DNA of 62,650 bases, the filler included, from Choristocarpus tenellus KU-1152 (taxonomy: Eukaryota > Protista > Phaeophyceae), in the NCBI GenBank assembly GCA_964200185.2. It is 12 parts of 12 records of this genome, joined end to end, with 100 filler letters (N's around TTAATTAATTAA, not from the genome) between each part and the next. Parts side by side here need not be neighbours in the genome. Positions count along the whole stretch, not along the records: positions 1 to 5,296 come from CAXNAD020011241.1; positions 5,397 to 13,009 come from CAXNAD020005874.1; 10 more parts are not named here. The stretch is one strand, 5' to 3'. The translations under genes were made by a program, and so were the position numbers. Shown in pieces: positions 1 through 13,009 of this stretch. The stretch's first letter is position 1; each line of letters opens with the position of its first letter. The notes below the pieces were generated by a model, which had not been told where the DNA came from, searched no databases, and was given only the letters and a program-made list of their open reading frames with translations.

Positions 1-154
1 GGGGTCTACACCATGGTGTCCATTTGGGTTATAATCAGGGAAACTGTACTTACATTATCCATCCGACGCATGCAACCAAATCACAAAAAAATCGTGACAT
101 GAAAAAATTTGATCCGAATGGACAGTCGCCACCTCCCCTCAGATACTTCAAGCC
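1..154. mobile_element. MITE, subfamily A, right part only (cut by window start)
   Basis: Similar to 37681-37842 (same strand) and 11230-11390 (reverse); ends in TIR GATACTTCAAGCC. Confidence 0.8.
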
Positions 155-159
155 AACTA

Positions 160-1500
160 GGTGGACTAATATATTCAGAGTAAATGCATCCCCAACCTTT
201 TTTCTTTCTCAGGGAACAAACCGCTACTCAGAACATGCACAACTATCCTGAACCACAGCACCGAATATGATCATACCTTAGAGTATTCAATCGGCTTCTT
301 CACAGAGAAGTTACAAGATTCATCGCATTGAATTCCACCAGTGTTAAAACATAGGCTACTCATCTGTTTGTTCCTTGATACGATACAGTTTCACCAGTAG
401 TTAACACTGACTGTTGATTGGTCTGTTATGTTCTGGACGTTACTTNNNNNNNNNNATCAACTACAATCAGAACGCCTTAGTACAGAACAGTCGCTCTGCG
501 TTCCACACAAATAATATAGTATAGTGTATGTCACATTAGTTGCATCACATATTGTTTCGATTTTGTTCTGTTGTTCTGTTTGTTTGTTTTTTCAATATGA
601 GGAGAAGATGACAGTTGATTATTATTTCTTTGGTGACTGCCATTGATCTTTCAAATTGCATCAACGCCACTCTGCAAACAGTGCCTAAAACACACACATT
701 GATGCAATATAATCAGAGTTAAAACCATCCGCGGAAACCCTTGTCAGCCACGGTAACATGACTCTCCACAGAGCATGGACTTCTTTCGTTGAGTATCACA
801 CGAAAGAATACTGAATTCACATCGCATCATTCTGGACTGAGAGATCAATGACCTCAGTTACAACAGAGTAAATACATCGATGCTTTGCAACACAATTACG
901 CCTATTATACATAACATAGACTACGCATATCACTCATCGGTGCTTCGCAACACCATGATTCCTCATCGCTAGTAGTCTACGCATTTCACCTACATGTAAT
1001 GTACGATGCATTCGATTCAGGTTTCAACACTCCTTGTATGATACAGCTTTTGCAGCATTTTAATTGACTGGGACAAATGCATATTGATTGCTTTGATTGG
1101 ATCATTCCTTTATGAGATCATCAATAATCCGTTCTGGTTCAATTCGACAGTTTACCATTTCGTTCCTCAAAGGATTACTCGGCGAAGTTCCTAGTGGGCG
1201 AATTTGACTTCTAATTCCCTTACAAAATAGATATGCCATACTCTGTACTTCGATTTGGTTGGGATGTTAGGGAGAGCTGGGAGGACTCGTTGGTACAAAT
1301 CAATGAGTTGATCTTCACCAATGTATCCCTCCACAAAAAGAGCTTCATGTACGTGAGGCATTCGCAAGTCCACGGCATACTCTTGATAGTGCAAAACTAG
1401 GCTATGGCCGCAGCCTTGCGTGTCACGCCTTTCTTCGTCTTTGAAAAAAAAAGTCATCGCAACCTTTAATGCGATTTTCGGCAGGCCATCCAACAAGAGT
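160..1500 (-). mobile_element. Possible heavily decayed LTR-retrotransposon gag/protease remnant
   Basis: Stop-ridden minus-strand fragments AYLFCKGIRSQIR (gag-like) and CDVNSV...VTVADKG (protease-like); weak motif resemblance only. Confidence 0.2.
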
Positions 1501-1807
1501 GCATTCTCTCACCAAAATATGGACCCACTCGGTTGCTGTAACGCCGTCTGAAGGGACCAGTAAAAGCTTTCCTATGATGCACGAGACATAGATTGCAGAC
1601 GAGTCACCTAAAAGGACCGCTGTGTGTCCTAAGAAAGTCAGGCAAGAGTTTTTGAGGAGCTCGATGTGGAAAGGGTTAAGTTATTGATGCGTGGACGCGA
1701 TGCATAAACTCGTTGAGTCGTCACGACTGCTGGAGGAATTCTCGCAAAGTCTGGACCTGGGCTGGAACCTCTCCGGATTCTGTGAAGTAAAAGAACAGCG
1801 TGACACA

Positions 1808-2045
1808 GAGCCAAAGTATCTTAGAGGGTACAGCCGCATCCATTTGGGGGCCAAAATCCAATGTTGCAATTTTGATGTAATTTTGATTATCATGTTTGGT
1901 AGGAGATGTCAATATCCTTGTGTGGACACTCCTTTTCATAACGTATACATTTTACCTACACTAAAATACAATAAAAACCCATGGGAAGCCAAGCCCCACA
2001 TGGACAAACAGGACAAAATTCGAACCCTCTAAGATACTTTCACTC
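1808..2045. mobile_element. Complete 238-bp MITE, subfamily B (PIF/Harbinger/Tourist-like)
   Basis: 22-bp TIR GAGCCAAAGTATCTTAGAGGGT / ACCCTCTAAGATACTTTCACTC (20/22 match), flanked by ACA on both sides (1805-1807, 2046-2048); internal sequence homologous to 6914-7139. Confidence 0.85.
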
Positions 2046-5000
2046 ACATACGAAAAACAGATAGGGAATGTGAGTGTACGAATGGTGGGAAAGAACTACC
2101 TGGCAAAGTCTATACCATGGCGATCAGAGACCACTCGTTTACGACTATAGGTGTAAGATGTTTCCCTTGGAGCCACAGATGTCATCACGCTAAGCCCTTC
2201 CTCTAAGTTAGGAGGTAGGGCCAATGTTCCAAGACCACCCATGGAGACGACGAGTGCAAGCAGAAGGAAATCCCATACACGACGAAAGTGGTCCAGAACC
2301 ATCCATGGAGACCACTGAACCAAGTATAACAAATCCAGGCTATCGCAGGGAGCTACCAAGAATCCAAAGTACTGAGGTGGATACTGTGTATTCTCTCCAG
2401 CTTGAAGAGAGGCGGTAGGATCAACCCAGCCCAGTCTGACCAAGCTGAGGCCTGGCTTGGCCTCTGGAAGACATGTCTTATAGTTGCCAGTCCATGAACC
2501 ACGAAGTAAAATCACTGAAAGTTTTGACCTGACCTTGTTGAACATATCCAGGCCAGTTCGCGGTATGCTCCTGTGAAATCCCATGACTTTAGGATTGGTC
2601 ATGTTATAAACTATTCTACCTTGCTTACCCACTGTACAGTCCTGTCCTAGCTATCTGCTCTGGTAGTGTAAGGCTCTGGCTTTGAGCTGCCGCAAAGTGG
2701 AACCTAATGCTCAAGACCAGGTAACACGTAGTAGAGCTACTGAAGTGTACCTCAAGATAGTTCTTCAGATAATGTTTGGCTAAGACGGTCTGGGGAGGTA
2801 CATGTAGTAAAGAACACTTCAATGTTTTCCCCACCTCGCTATTGCAGTACAAATGACATAGGAGTATCTCCAATGTTTCCATTAGAAGCAGACTCCCAAC
2901 CCCAGCAGCTCCTAGTGGTAACACAGTATCAACATCCTACATTTTTATCAACTACAGTGAAAGGGACCAACTGACAGGTAGGCAGGGTTGCATTTTGACA
3001 ATCTGGAGAAAGGGAAAAGACGCCATTTTATACAGCACAGAAAGAAAGAGCCTTTGCTTAATCCTGGTGTCACTTTGTGTGAAGAAAGGAGGAATATCAA
3101 TTTTGCGTACGCTGTTGTAGATATAAAGTAAGTAAATAGAGTGCATTGCACAAGGTAAGAATGTTGGCCTAGAATTCGAAAGAGTACAAATCTGCTTACC
3201 TCTTAATTGATCTGGCTCGGTAGTGCTTGGTATGCTGCTGGTGGAGTACACTATGTCCAAGCCATGAAGTGTGCAGGTTGGCAACCAATGAGACATACGC
3301 AGGCAGTGTGTAAAGGGTACCATGCAGAGTAGATGACTGCTGTTGTTTCCAAGCCGTACAATACCTTGTAGGTGGACACACTACACAACATCCGTCTTTT
3401 GGGTGAGTCCCCCTTGCTTAGGACACACCCCTTTCACTTTTTTCACTAAGGTTTTACAACCCTTTTACAATATCGCTCAACATTTTTTGGTCGTTCTTCT
3501 TCTACAATTCTGTCTCCACCCCCACCAATTCACTGAAGAAAGTGTACCACTATGGTGCCTGCATGTATCTATCCATGGTCGACAGACACCACCCTCAACC
3601 AAGACAATATGTACTTAGTCATGGGGGAGGTGATGTCAAGTGCCAACAGGACAAGGGGCGCGGATGCAAGGATATATGCTGCTATACCTCCATTGTGGGT
3701 GTATACCCTTTCAACTGCAGTCAACTTGTAGCTTTTGGTCATCTTTTTGAAGAAAAATGATGTACGGAATATATCCCCAGCATCAGATGTGGATAGCAAG
3801 ACGCATTTCTTCCGTGTTTTCACTCTCCAGACCTTACATTTATGACGTTATCGGAGTTAACCAAACTGAGAAATTGCACCAACCCAGACTCGCTGTTCAA
3901 CTTTTGCATACAAGATTGCTGCGGATCTGATCACAAGTATGTGAAGTTGATAACTTCATTAGAGCTATGATGATAAGTAAAGCAAGTAAGCACTAATGGA
4001 AGTTTCCCTGACTTGAAGGATCATAAATGCAGTGCATCTCTCTCTGTGAAACCACAAATACATGGTGTTCTTGACTTCCAATTATAACCACTATTTAGCC
4101 CAGGGGAAAATATTTCAGCAACACAACCACCACCAAGCAAAACTCTGATGGGTTGAACGTCCATGACTCCCTTGTGATTTAGCAACTTGTCACATGCGCA
4201 CCCACTAAACAAATGATGCATGACTTGTTGTGCAAGTTCATTGCGCCTACTCGGCCAACGAATCACACCCAAAAGAGGAGAAAAGCTGCTTTGAGGAAAA
4301 TGCGAAGGGAAGGGGAACAGGGCACTTCAGAGTAGCAACACGAACGGCCTAACCAGAAGTAAGTGTACCGCAACGATAGGCTCAAAAAGTGCTGACTGTG
4401 GCAACCATGGAGCCCTAGTATGGATGTACATCCATGAGGATTCTACAGGGCATTCACATTATGGTTTGTAGTGTGCCTCTACCTATCGAGAGTAAGACCA
4501 CCTGGCTGCAGCCAATCCCCAAATTTCACACCTTGCATCTAGACCATCAGTCTGCGTCACCGTGATACGTTTGCTTGGTTGCTTGGTCAACCAACACTCG
4601 GTCAAATGTATGATCCAGTTACTTTTTTTCTTCCGTGGTTTGCCAGATTTTCTTGACGATAGAGCATGACCGACATCATATACATTTACTACTTACAAAG
4701 AGATCACATACTCACTGCCACTGTCGTATGCTGTATCACGTTACCATAAATAGTTGTTGGCACATTGAAGTATTTTCTTGATGAGCCTGAAAGGGTGGTA
4801 GTAAAATGGTCGCAACCCAGCCCCCTCTAGTTCTCATCATTCACAAAAATGAACCTGACTTCGTCACAACACCATGCATCCGTCGTGTGTGGTAGACTAT
4901 GCGGCCGAAGTCTGACGAAACTGGTAGACGTTTTTGTATTTTTTGCGTTTATTTTTGTTTTACACTAATGGAGGGAGAGATGAAGTCACTCCCTGTTTGT

Positions 5001-5296
5001 CACCCTGCCATTTCTACTTATCATAGACCCCCACATGTAGATATAGGCACTAAACACCCTCCACCTACATCATTATTGTTTTCTGAGTACACAGTAGTAA
5101 GTCACAAGCACTTCAAGTGGAACGCATGAACTTTGAGGTAGTCGTTCAATAACAAACATCTTTATAGTTCCACATTCATCCGTCCATTCGTCACACACTC
5201 ATAATAGAATATTATAGAAACTTTGTCACCACTTTGTTTTTATATATTATTATGCCCTCTGACATTTTGCAGATGTGTCAGGGGAAAACCAATGAA

Positions 5297-5396
5297 NNNN
5301 NNNNNNNNNNNNNNNNNNNNNNNNNNNNNNNNNNNNNNNNTTAATTAATTAANNNNNNNNNNNNNNNNNNNNNNNNNNNNNNNNNNNNNNNNNNNN
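5297..5396. other. Artificial contig spacer (44N-TTAATTAATTAA-44N), first of 11
   Basis: Identical 100-bp linkers with stops in all six frames at 5297-5396, 13010-13109, 16776-16875, 21151-21250, 27905-28004, 31672-31771, 36244-36343, 43873-43972, 49643-49742, 54349-54448, 59202-59301. Additional 10-N scaffold gaps at 446-455, 11452-11461, 15090-15099, 38182-38191. Confidence 0.99.
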
Positions 5397-5525
5397 GGAT
5401 ATCTGAGTGGAGGATACCCCAAAAATGGATGAAAATGTGAACCTTCACCCCTAATTAATCATGCAGACCATCTGTACCTGGTACCAGACAATGGTACTGG
5501 ACTAGGACTGACTGTTACACTGGGT

Positions 5526-5629
<104 letters not shown>

Positions 5630-6913
5630 TTCAACACCTCCATCCTAAACCGTTAACTGGTATTGTGTTGGCATCTGGTGTTGCGACCTCTGCGGAAACG
5701 ACGAACCCGCTCCCTTGTGGTTCAAACACACATCTAGTTCACCGTTCAAGGACCGGAAGGTACCGGTTCAAGCGATGGGACCTAGAAATAGTTTGAAGTA
5801 GATGAGAAGCACAGCGAGAAGGGCTTTTCTTTTACTTACCTCCCAAGATGTACCAGGCCTTCTTCAATCATGGTTCCTTCTGGCACTAGTTGATCATTTG
5901 GAGCCACTGTGGAGAATAAACGTGTAAAAAAAACCCGGTAGACCCGGTGAGGGGCTTCAATTGATAACAGATCCCATGCTTCTGCTCCCAGCACGTTCAT
6001 AGTAGTAGCGCCCAGAGCATCTAAAATGGGGGTGAAAGGCCGTTTTAAAAAAAATATATATTTTTTAATAGCGGGTCGAACACCTTCGTGGCCTTTGAAC
6101 CGAAACCATTGTTTTGTCTTCTGTTTTGCCATGATGGGATGGATATTAGCGCCTTTCTGCCTCACATGGGGTAGTGTTGCAGAGTTGTGAACGTCTGACT
6201 GTAGTGTAGCTGCAATAATAATAATAATAATAATAAATTATTATTATTGATATTATGACTCACTAGGTCTGCAAGAGTTAGGGGGGAGGGTTAGGGTTTT
6301 GGGAAATGATACTAGCAGTTGAGTGATGTAAATCATGAGCATGTACTGCAAGGGCCAACTTACTCTCAGGTCTTTGAAGTTTTGTGTGTGTCTTTGTGTG
6401 TCTTTGTGACCGTAACCTGGAATATTCCCGGTGTCAGTGAAGGTGAATTTTGAGGATCATGACGATGCTCACTGTGTAGTGTCAGTATTTTTCGTGCATA
6501 GTTAGTTATCCCTGTCATTTGCAGCCTTCATCTACTTCAATAAAATATAGAATGGTTATTATTATCCTAAACCTCTAAACTCAACTCAAGTATGACTTCT
6601 ATACTTTTCCTGATACTTTATTTAGTGGTACACTTTTCATCATTTCCAGGCGTTGTACATAGGAGCATTTTCAGTGATTTTTATTTATTTTTTTCCTCTT
6701 TTTGTGGAAATCGTCAAAATACGATACACCTTTTTAAAACAAGTTCCCAACCTGTTTGTGTATATGCTCAACTGGAGGAACAGGGATCAGGAACCACCCT
6801 TACCTCCCCCCACTTCCCTCTCTACATTCTACCTGTTTCACAAGGGGCATTGTTTGCTACAAGAATTATCCATGCACTGTATGTATTTTTGGTTCCACAT
6901 TATTGTTAGTACT

Positions 6914-7139
6914 GAGTCAGAGTATCTTAGAGGGTAGAGCCACGTCTATTTGGGGGACCAAAATCCAATGTTGCCATTTTGATGTAATTTTGACTATCCT
7001 TGTTCCAGACGTATACATTTTACCTTCTCCGAAACAGTTTGGAATGAGAAAATGTAATTTAAAAAAAAACATGGGAAGCCAAGCCCCAAATGGACAAACA
7101 GGGCAAAACTCGTACCCTAACCCTAAGATACTTTCACTC
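6914..7139. mobile_element. Complete MITE, subfamily B
   Basis: TIR GAGTCAGAGTATCTTAGAGGGTA ... GATACTTTCACTC; shares blocks CCAAAATCCAATGTTGC, TTTTGATGTAATTTTGA, CATGGGAAGCCAAGCCCC with 1808-2045. Confidence 0.85.
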
Positions 7140-7208
7140 TTCTTCTAAGGGGTAACTGAAATAGAAGCAGTGTACAAGGATTTCAAATACTCCACCTCTT
7201 GGAACAGT

Positions 7209-7486
7209 GAGCCAAAGTGGACTAGAGGTACCCAGAGTTACATTTTGAAGATGCTGACAAATATGTGAAAAAAAAAACTTTTTTTAAAAACAAAAGTGTA
7301 TGTGGGATATTTTCCAAATTATGTCGAAATCTTTCATCAGACAACAGAGACGCCAACGTTCTCAAGTTCAACTTAGCACTTCATCCATATAAATAAAAAT
7401 ATGGGTGAATTGAAAAAGGTGAACAAAAAAAATGAATTAAAATGCAAAATGCCCAAAAACTGGGTATCTCTTGAATACTTCGGCTG
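7209..7486. mobile_element. Complete 278-bp MITE with related TIR and different interior
   Basis: 27-bp imperfect TIR GAGCCAAAGTGGACTAGAGGTACCCAG / CTGGGTATCTCTTGAATACTTCGGCTG (20/27), AGT duplicated at 7206-7208 and 7487-7489. Confidence 0.75.
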
Positions 7487-7599
7487 AGTACTTCATTTAA
7501 AGCACGTGAAAGATTTCATCCAGAAGTTGGGTGGGGTCACACAGTTGCGGGATTTGTCTTTAGAAAGAAGTGGTCCTCTAGCCGTCTCCTTTCCTGGAG

Positions 7600-9010
7600 A
7601 GAATGTATATAGGGGGTTTGGACCAAGGACAACAGTTGGGGGTAGGAGGGTGGACTGATTGTAATCCTCCAAATGACAACCCCAAAATGCGTTCTCATCT
7701 TGCGATTTAGCGATCTTCCTCCCATCTGCCCCTGAAACTTGCTTGTGCCGTGCCCCACCTTCCCAACAGATGTTTTCCGCTCTGCTGGCGCACCAGAGGC
7801 AGGTCCAGTTTCCGTGGACAAGCTTGTTGTGGGTCTTTGCCCACAAGAAGAGTCGGAGCTGGTTAACCCTTTTTAGTGGTTTTGCGAGTTGGCAAGAAAG
7901 TTGGGGTTCCTGCAGCTACACGAGCATGGACTGACATATTTCCTCATTTCGGCCTTTGATTTAAGTGTGTGTGATGACCAAGTTCCTCTCAAAGATCCTT
8001 GTTGAGGACAATCAGTTTTTGTTTGTAAGAATGATGTTACTATCTATTTCCTGAATTCTTCGCAATGAAGTGGGTCTCCTTCAATTCTACATAGCAGTGT
8101 GCGCACGTCGCAGTGAACTACCTCTTTGGTTCTCGATTGCAAGTGCATGTTTTGTTTATTTCTGAGAACGATGCCCTCCTCATCCGTTCTCTCGCCTCTC
8201 TCTTCAGTTAACCTCTTTGCTCTTCACTCGTCTAAGGGCACGACAGTCATTAGATCAGTAAAATATTCGATAAATGGTCGTAGGAAAGGGATTGATCGAT
8301 GCCTTCATTAACTCAAGCTCGTGCTCGCACTCTGAAGTAACACTAAGATATGTTTCGAAGAACACACGTTTTCCTACATTACATTCAACAGTGGTGGTAT
8401 GTTTTTCACGCGTATCTATGTTAGGCTACAGCACAAGCAAGCAATGCATGCACAAGACATTACACTACCGTGAATGATTTTAGGAGTGAAGCCTTTCCCA
8501 CCTACATAGACTTCCTCTATTTTTATATACCGAAGTAGAATTAACCTTGATATACCGTAGTTTCGAGGGTGTTCTACTCCGTTTAATAAATATGTTCGTT
8601 TGGCGTAAGATAATTTAAGGGGTGCCACTTAAGAGGCGTAAGGTTGAGGTGTCAGGTGCCTCGTCCCTGGTCCAGATCACCCCATCCGCCACAACAAATC
8701 GTCACAGTGGAGAGAGCATATATTCATCAGTGGGCTTTTCTCATTAGTAATGTATTGCAGAGGTAGATGCCTCTATCGCCATGCTGTTGGGATGAAGATC
8801 TGCTCAGTATCAGATTCCAACATTGCTCTTAGGTCTACCTTGGCTTCTTCTCCCTCACTCCAAAGATATGTTAGAGTAACACTCACTCCAACTACCTTCA
8901 AGTTCACCGTTAAAAGGGAGAAATACATAAAATCTCCAAAAAAACGTCGACAACACGAATTTGATGGGAGATCATGATTGTTACAAGTAAACTGATTTTC
9001 AAAAGTCACG
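7600..9010 (-). mobile_element. Decayed Ty3/Gypsy-like pol remnant (aspartic protease then RT start)
   Basis: VDLRAMLESDTEQIFIP (about 8790-8840) resembles the ALLDSGAxxNFI retropepsin motif; downstream QEIDSNIIL, YVSPCSCS and LRLFLWAKTHNKLVHGN resemble IDHxIxL, IxPSxS and LRLCVDYRALNK in the expected order; many stops and frameshifts. Confidence 0.45.
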
Positions 9011-11229
9011 AATCGATCAGGGCGGTTTCGAAATGAGGAACTTCAATTTTGGAAGAACTGATCGACATTCCACTTCATAGTACTTGGTGGGAATCTTTTG
9101 GTTTGTGTGCGTTATCATAGGATCTTTGAAGCCCTTTGTTAAGGATTAAGGTGGAGAGGAGGAAAAACAAAGGTGCGTCATGAGTTTCACCACCAGTGAC
9201 ATCCCTATCGAGCGTGCTCCGAGATTGCTTTATCTTACCGCTCAAACCGCCATGATATTGTGGACGCGATCCTGAGGTAGCAAAGCTTAGCAGTGCAGTG
9301 AGGGAATCTGCGGTATCAGGTCTTCTGGGTTCCTTCAGTCTAAGGGGGTGAATCATGAATCCTGTGGAGTTCAGCGCGAGTCCGGATGACAACCCACTGC
9401 GCTGAAAGTGACTATGACGCCTGAGGATACTCTTACTCATCGCACTCCCCCCCGATGATGATGTTTTCCCTTTAGATCGCATCCAGGTACAGTGCTAGCA
9501 TGGGTGTGTTCCGTAACCTCTTTCTCATGGGAGCACTGGAGTTCATCTCATTGAGAGTTATATATGGCGAGGTAAGGGTTTATCCGTCAGGAGGGTTGTA
9601 CGAGACACTTCCAAGTTCTAAGTATCACATGATATGTCCCAGTCTAGAAAATAGTCACGCCTCTTCGGCGTATTCTCAACGGGGAGGGGAGGGTCTCCTT
9701 ATCGCATTGTGCCATGGTTTTCTTCTGACATTCCCAGGTAGCTGTTCCTCGATTGACAGAAATATGGAAACACGGAACCTGTCTGTTTTGTCATCTTCCT
9801 ATTTTGTCATGTGCTCAACCAAAACGGAGTAGAGGGGAGACCCGCATGTTCACCAAAATTATGACATCCAGGGTCTTACAAAGAAGGCTTGGGGGTTCAT
9901 GCATGACGGCTTCTGCCAATTGTCTGGTTCCTGCAAGGAGTACGAGGACTTCATCACAACCGCATCCCAGGAGCTTGTGAGCCTGAGACAGCAGGTGGGC
10001 AATTAGCCTCCTTCCTGACCCACCTCAACCACAACAATTATGTTAGAATCACATTAGAGAGTATCCAAGCCACTGTCATGTCCATCCCTCCAAAGTGACG
10101 CTTTCCCCCCCTTGCCCTCTTTTGCACGTCAGTGACCACCCCACCCCCCACCCCCCTTGACTATTCCAGCCTACCTACAATGTGCCTTAGGATGTCCACA
10201 AAGATTTCACCACATACACCATGCTCCATCACGCAAAACATATCTCGTAGTATATTGATACACACCAATAAGACAGCTGTATGCATTGACAACGATTGTA
10301 TTGCCCACCTGCAACAAATCTCCAGCCTACAGTACACTGTGACCATGATCACACCCTTGTCCCTCATCCCTTCCCTCCAGCCTCTCCTTGTCCCTTCCCC
10401 TTCTTCTACATCCTCCTCCCTCACTGCTCTCAGAGTTGGATCTTGTTCACCTGTTGGAAGTCTGAAAGAGGAATTTTCTAATGTTGAGAATGTATTTTTT
10501 TTGGCAAGCTCAAATGAAATCGGGTCAAATACGATCAATGCACTCGGTTATAATCAAATATTCACAGAGCATACAAGTCAAGGCATACGAAACGCCGGGC
10601 ACTGCTGGATTCCATGAGCAGAGATTACAGTGTGTATGCTCACAATAAAATGAGCAGTCACATCAAGCATTATCCCTTGATTTTCAATATCAATAATTCT
10701 CCATTTTATTGCATCATGGTCATTCAATCGCTGCTGCTATTAAAACACCAGAATTTTCTCATTTTTATTTTTTGAATTGAGAAGGAGGTGTTTAGAAAAT
10801 ATGTTCACTAGATAGTCCACACCTGTTGAGTGGTTCTTACCATAGAGTTCACCTCTTCCACTAACACAAACACCCTCCTCTAGACCCTAAGAAATGCAAC
10901 ACATTTACAGAAAAACTGGAGGACCCCTCTTGCATGGAGTGCGTATCATCTGTGTTTCAACATTCACTTTGTATTCAACCAAAAGCATGCATCTTGTGAC
11001 TTAGCACTCTGTAGCAAACAATGTGAACAAGAGTATATACGGTCTTAAACCACTCAAAACTACAATTTGCCGTAGGTCTGACTGAACCAGCACCGATTTC
11101 TTCTGGAAACATTTTTATATTTCAGTCTCGAATAGCACTGTGCTTATTCAAGTGTGTCCAGTCCACTATCTGTCTTTCTCATTTCACATGCAGGTTTAAA
11201 TTCTGTTTTTCCACCACATGAAAATTAAA

Positions 11230-11400
11230 GGCTCAAAGTATCTGGGAGGGGGGGGTGGCTGTCGTTCATTTGGGGTCAATTTTTTCATGTTGCGGTTTTT
11301 GGGTGATTTGGTTGTATACGTCGGATGGATAATGTAAATGCACTTTTCTTGATTTTGCCCCAAAATGGAAACCCTGGTGTAGATATCTCTCCCCCCCCCC
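11230..11400. mobile_element. MITE, subfamily A (reverse orientation)
   Basis: Starts GGCTCAAAGTATC then a G-tract; reverse complement aligns to 1-154; breaks in poly-C near the 10-N gap. Confidence 0.8.
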
Positions 11401-12688
11401 TCCATCTCAACTAACAGGGATAATACAGGGCATGTAGATAGAATCAGAGTGNNNNNNNNNNTTTTTTTTTTTTTCCCCAAAAAGGAAACCCTGGGGGGAT
11501 CCCCCCCCCCCCCCCCCCCCAGATACTTCGGGAGAGAATAGGTACTCTAAAGGAATGTGGTGGAAATTGAGATATGAAATTTAACCCTTGTTGAGACAAA
11601 TTCAGTGCTGGGTCAGGGACTGGAATGGTAACTCTACTAGATTTTTTTTGTACTATTCCAGAGGAGCTAATATACAACTCCAGCATTTTTTTAAGGGAGG
11701 CGAAGCAGAGTAAGAAGGAGTCCTAAGGCATTCTTCTTCTGGTGAGATTCCCTACCCTTCTGTGGTGGAGACCTTTCTGCCTTCCTCTACTGAGCCATGC
11801 ACGAAAAACAACTCAAACGATCTATTGTGATCAATTTTTCAGCAAGAAATTGATTACAAACCTCCAGGACCGTCCAATTCATAATTACCTCAACAAGATT
11901 CCACCACAACAAAATTTGATGTCAAGCCCAAAATCCTCAGCCCCCATGTAACACAAACTCTCACCTGTACATGTGCCTTTGCCCATCTCCACCCCCTATA
12001 CACTACCCCTGCACCCTCCCTATTCCCAAGGCCTACTTACCAGCCCACCCAGCTGATGTCTCCCTCCCTCAATCATTTGCCAGACTTTGCCATTAGCATT
12101 GAGACATGCTTTTTGTGACATGCCCTCTACATGGGGTTGTAAAACATTTCCTCTCTCCTTCACCCTTGCTCTCAATATGCAAGCAATGCACAACAATGAT
12201 GATCGGAACTAATGATGATAAGAACTAATGATGATAGGAACTGCCAGGGACCATCAAACTCAGAGAGGACTGCCTTATTCTGTTTGGAAGAGTACAGTCA
12301 CGATACAAATTTTTGAGCAACAGGACTACCCAGGAATGGAACGTCCGACTGGTGCACACCCAGACTCCTGCTAAAATATACTTTGACTTTCCATTTTTTT
12401 TCTTCAATACGATTCCTATTCCTCCCTACTTCAATCGATGTCAAGATAATGTGACCACATCAATATTTGGAAGGGCCTTTGCTTGACATAAATTAGTTTG
12501 TCCCATAAACTGCTTCTGGGTGTTTTAAAACCCAAATTATGGTTGAACTTCAATCCTGATCGACTAACCCTAACCCAGAACTTTATTCAGGGCAGCGCAT
12601 GGAAACAAAGGGATGAAATGTAAATATTCTTCATTTGCATACGTAAGCACACTCAACCTTTGTTCTCCTCCACTGGATCATTCGTCAG

Positions 12689-12763
12689 GAGTTGCTGCTG
12701 AACAAACTGCTCGGGGCAGTTTTTGTGGCTGCACTTGTAACATTGGTGATCATGCAGACAAAG
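12689..12763 (+). CDS. Isolated candidate exon encoding a transmembrane helix, gene unknown
   Basis: tcgtcag|...|gtgggg, 75 nt, ELLLNKLLGAVFVAALVTLVIMQTK; no partner exons identified. Confidence 0.35.
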
Positions 12764-12843
12764 GTGGGGTATTGCTTACACATGATGAACCATGCCTTCG
12801 TAGTAGCTTGTGTGTTTACATGCCATCGCATAATCTCTCTTTT

Positions 12844-13009
12844 GAGTCAAAGTATTCGGGGGGGGGGGGATTGTGAGGGGGCATCCGTTTCAGTCAAACA
12901 ACTCTTTTTTTTTCCTGACATTTCAAATCTGACACGTGCGACCAAATCACACCAAAAAGTGAAATTCGAAAAAAGGGTGAAAAGCGGACGCCGACACCCC
13001 CCCCCCCCC
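12844..13009. mobile_element. MITE, subfamily C (truncated by contig end in poly-C)
   Basis: GAGTCAAAGTATTC plus G-tract; internal ATCTGACACGTGCGACCAAATCAC resembles subfamily A; reverse-homologous to 36344-36411. Confidence 0.75.

Noticed and set aside
3540-4230. Copia RT/RNaseH-like fragments (GACMYLSMV, APTKQMMHDLLCK) on the plus strand
   Set aside because: Only two short, imperfect motifs with no supporting continuity; too weak to call.
5839-6210. Possible small minus-strand exons (VAPNDQLVPEGTMIEEGLVHLG|gtaagt)
   Set aside because: Splice signals are plausible but there is no recognisable protein or consistent multi-exon model.
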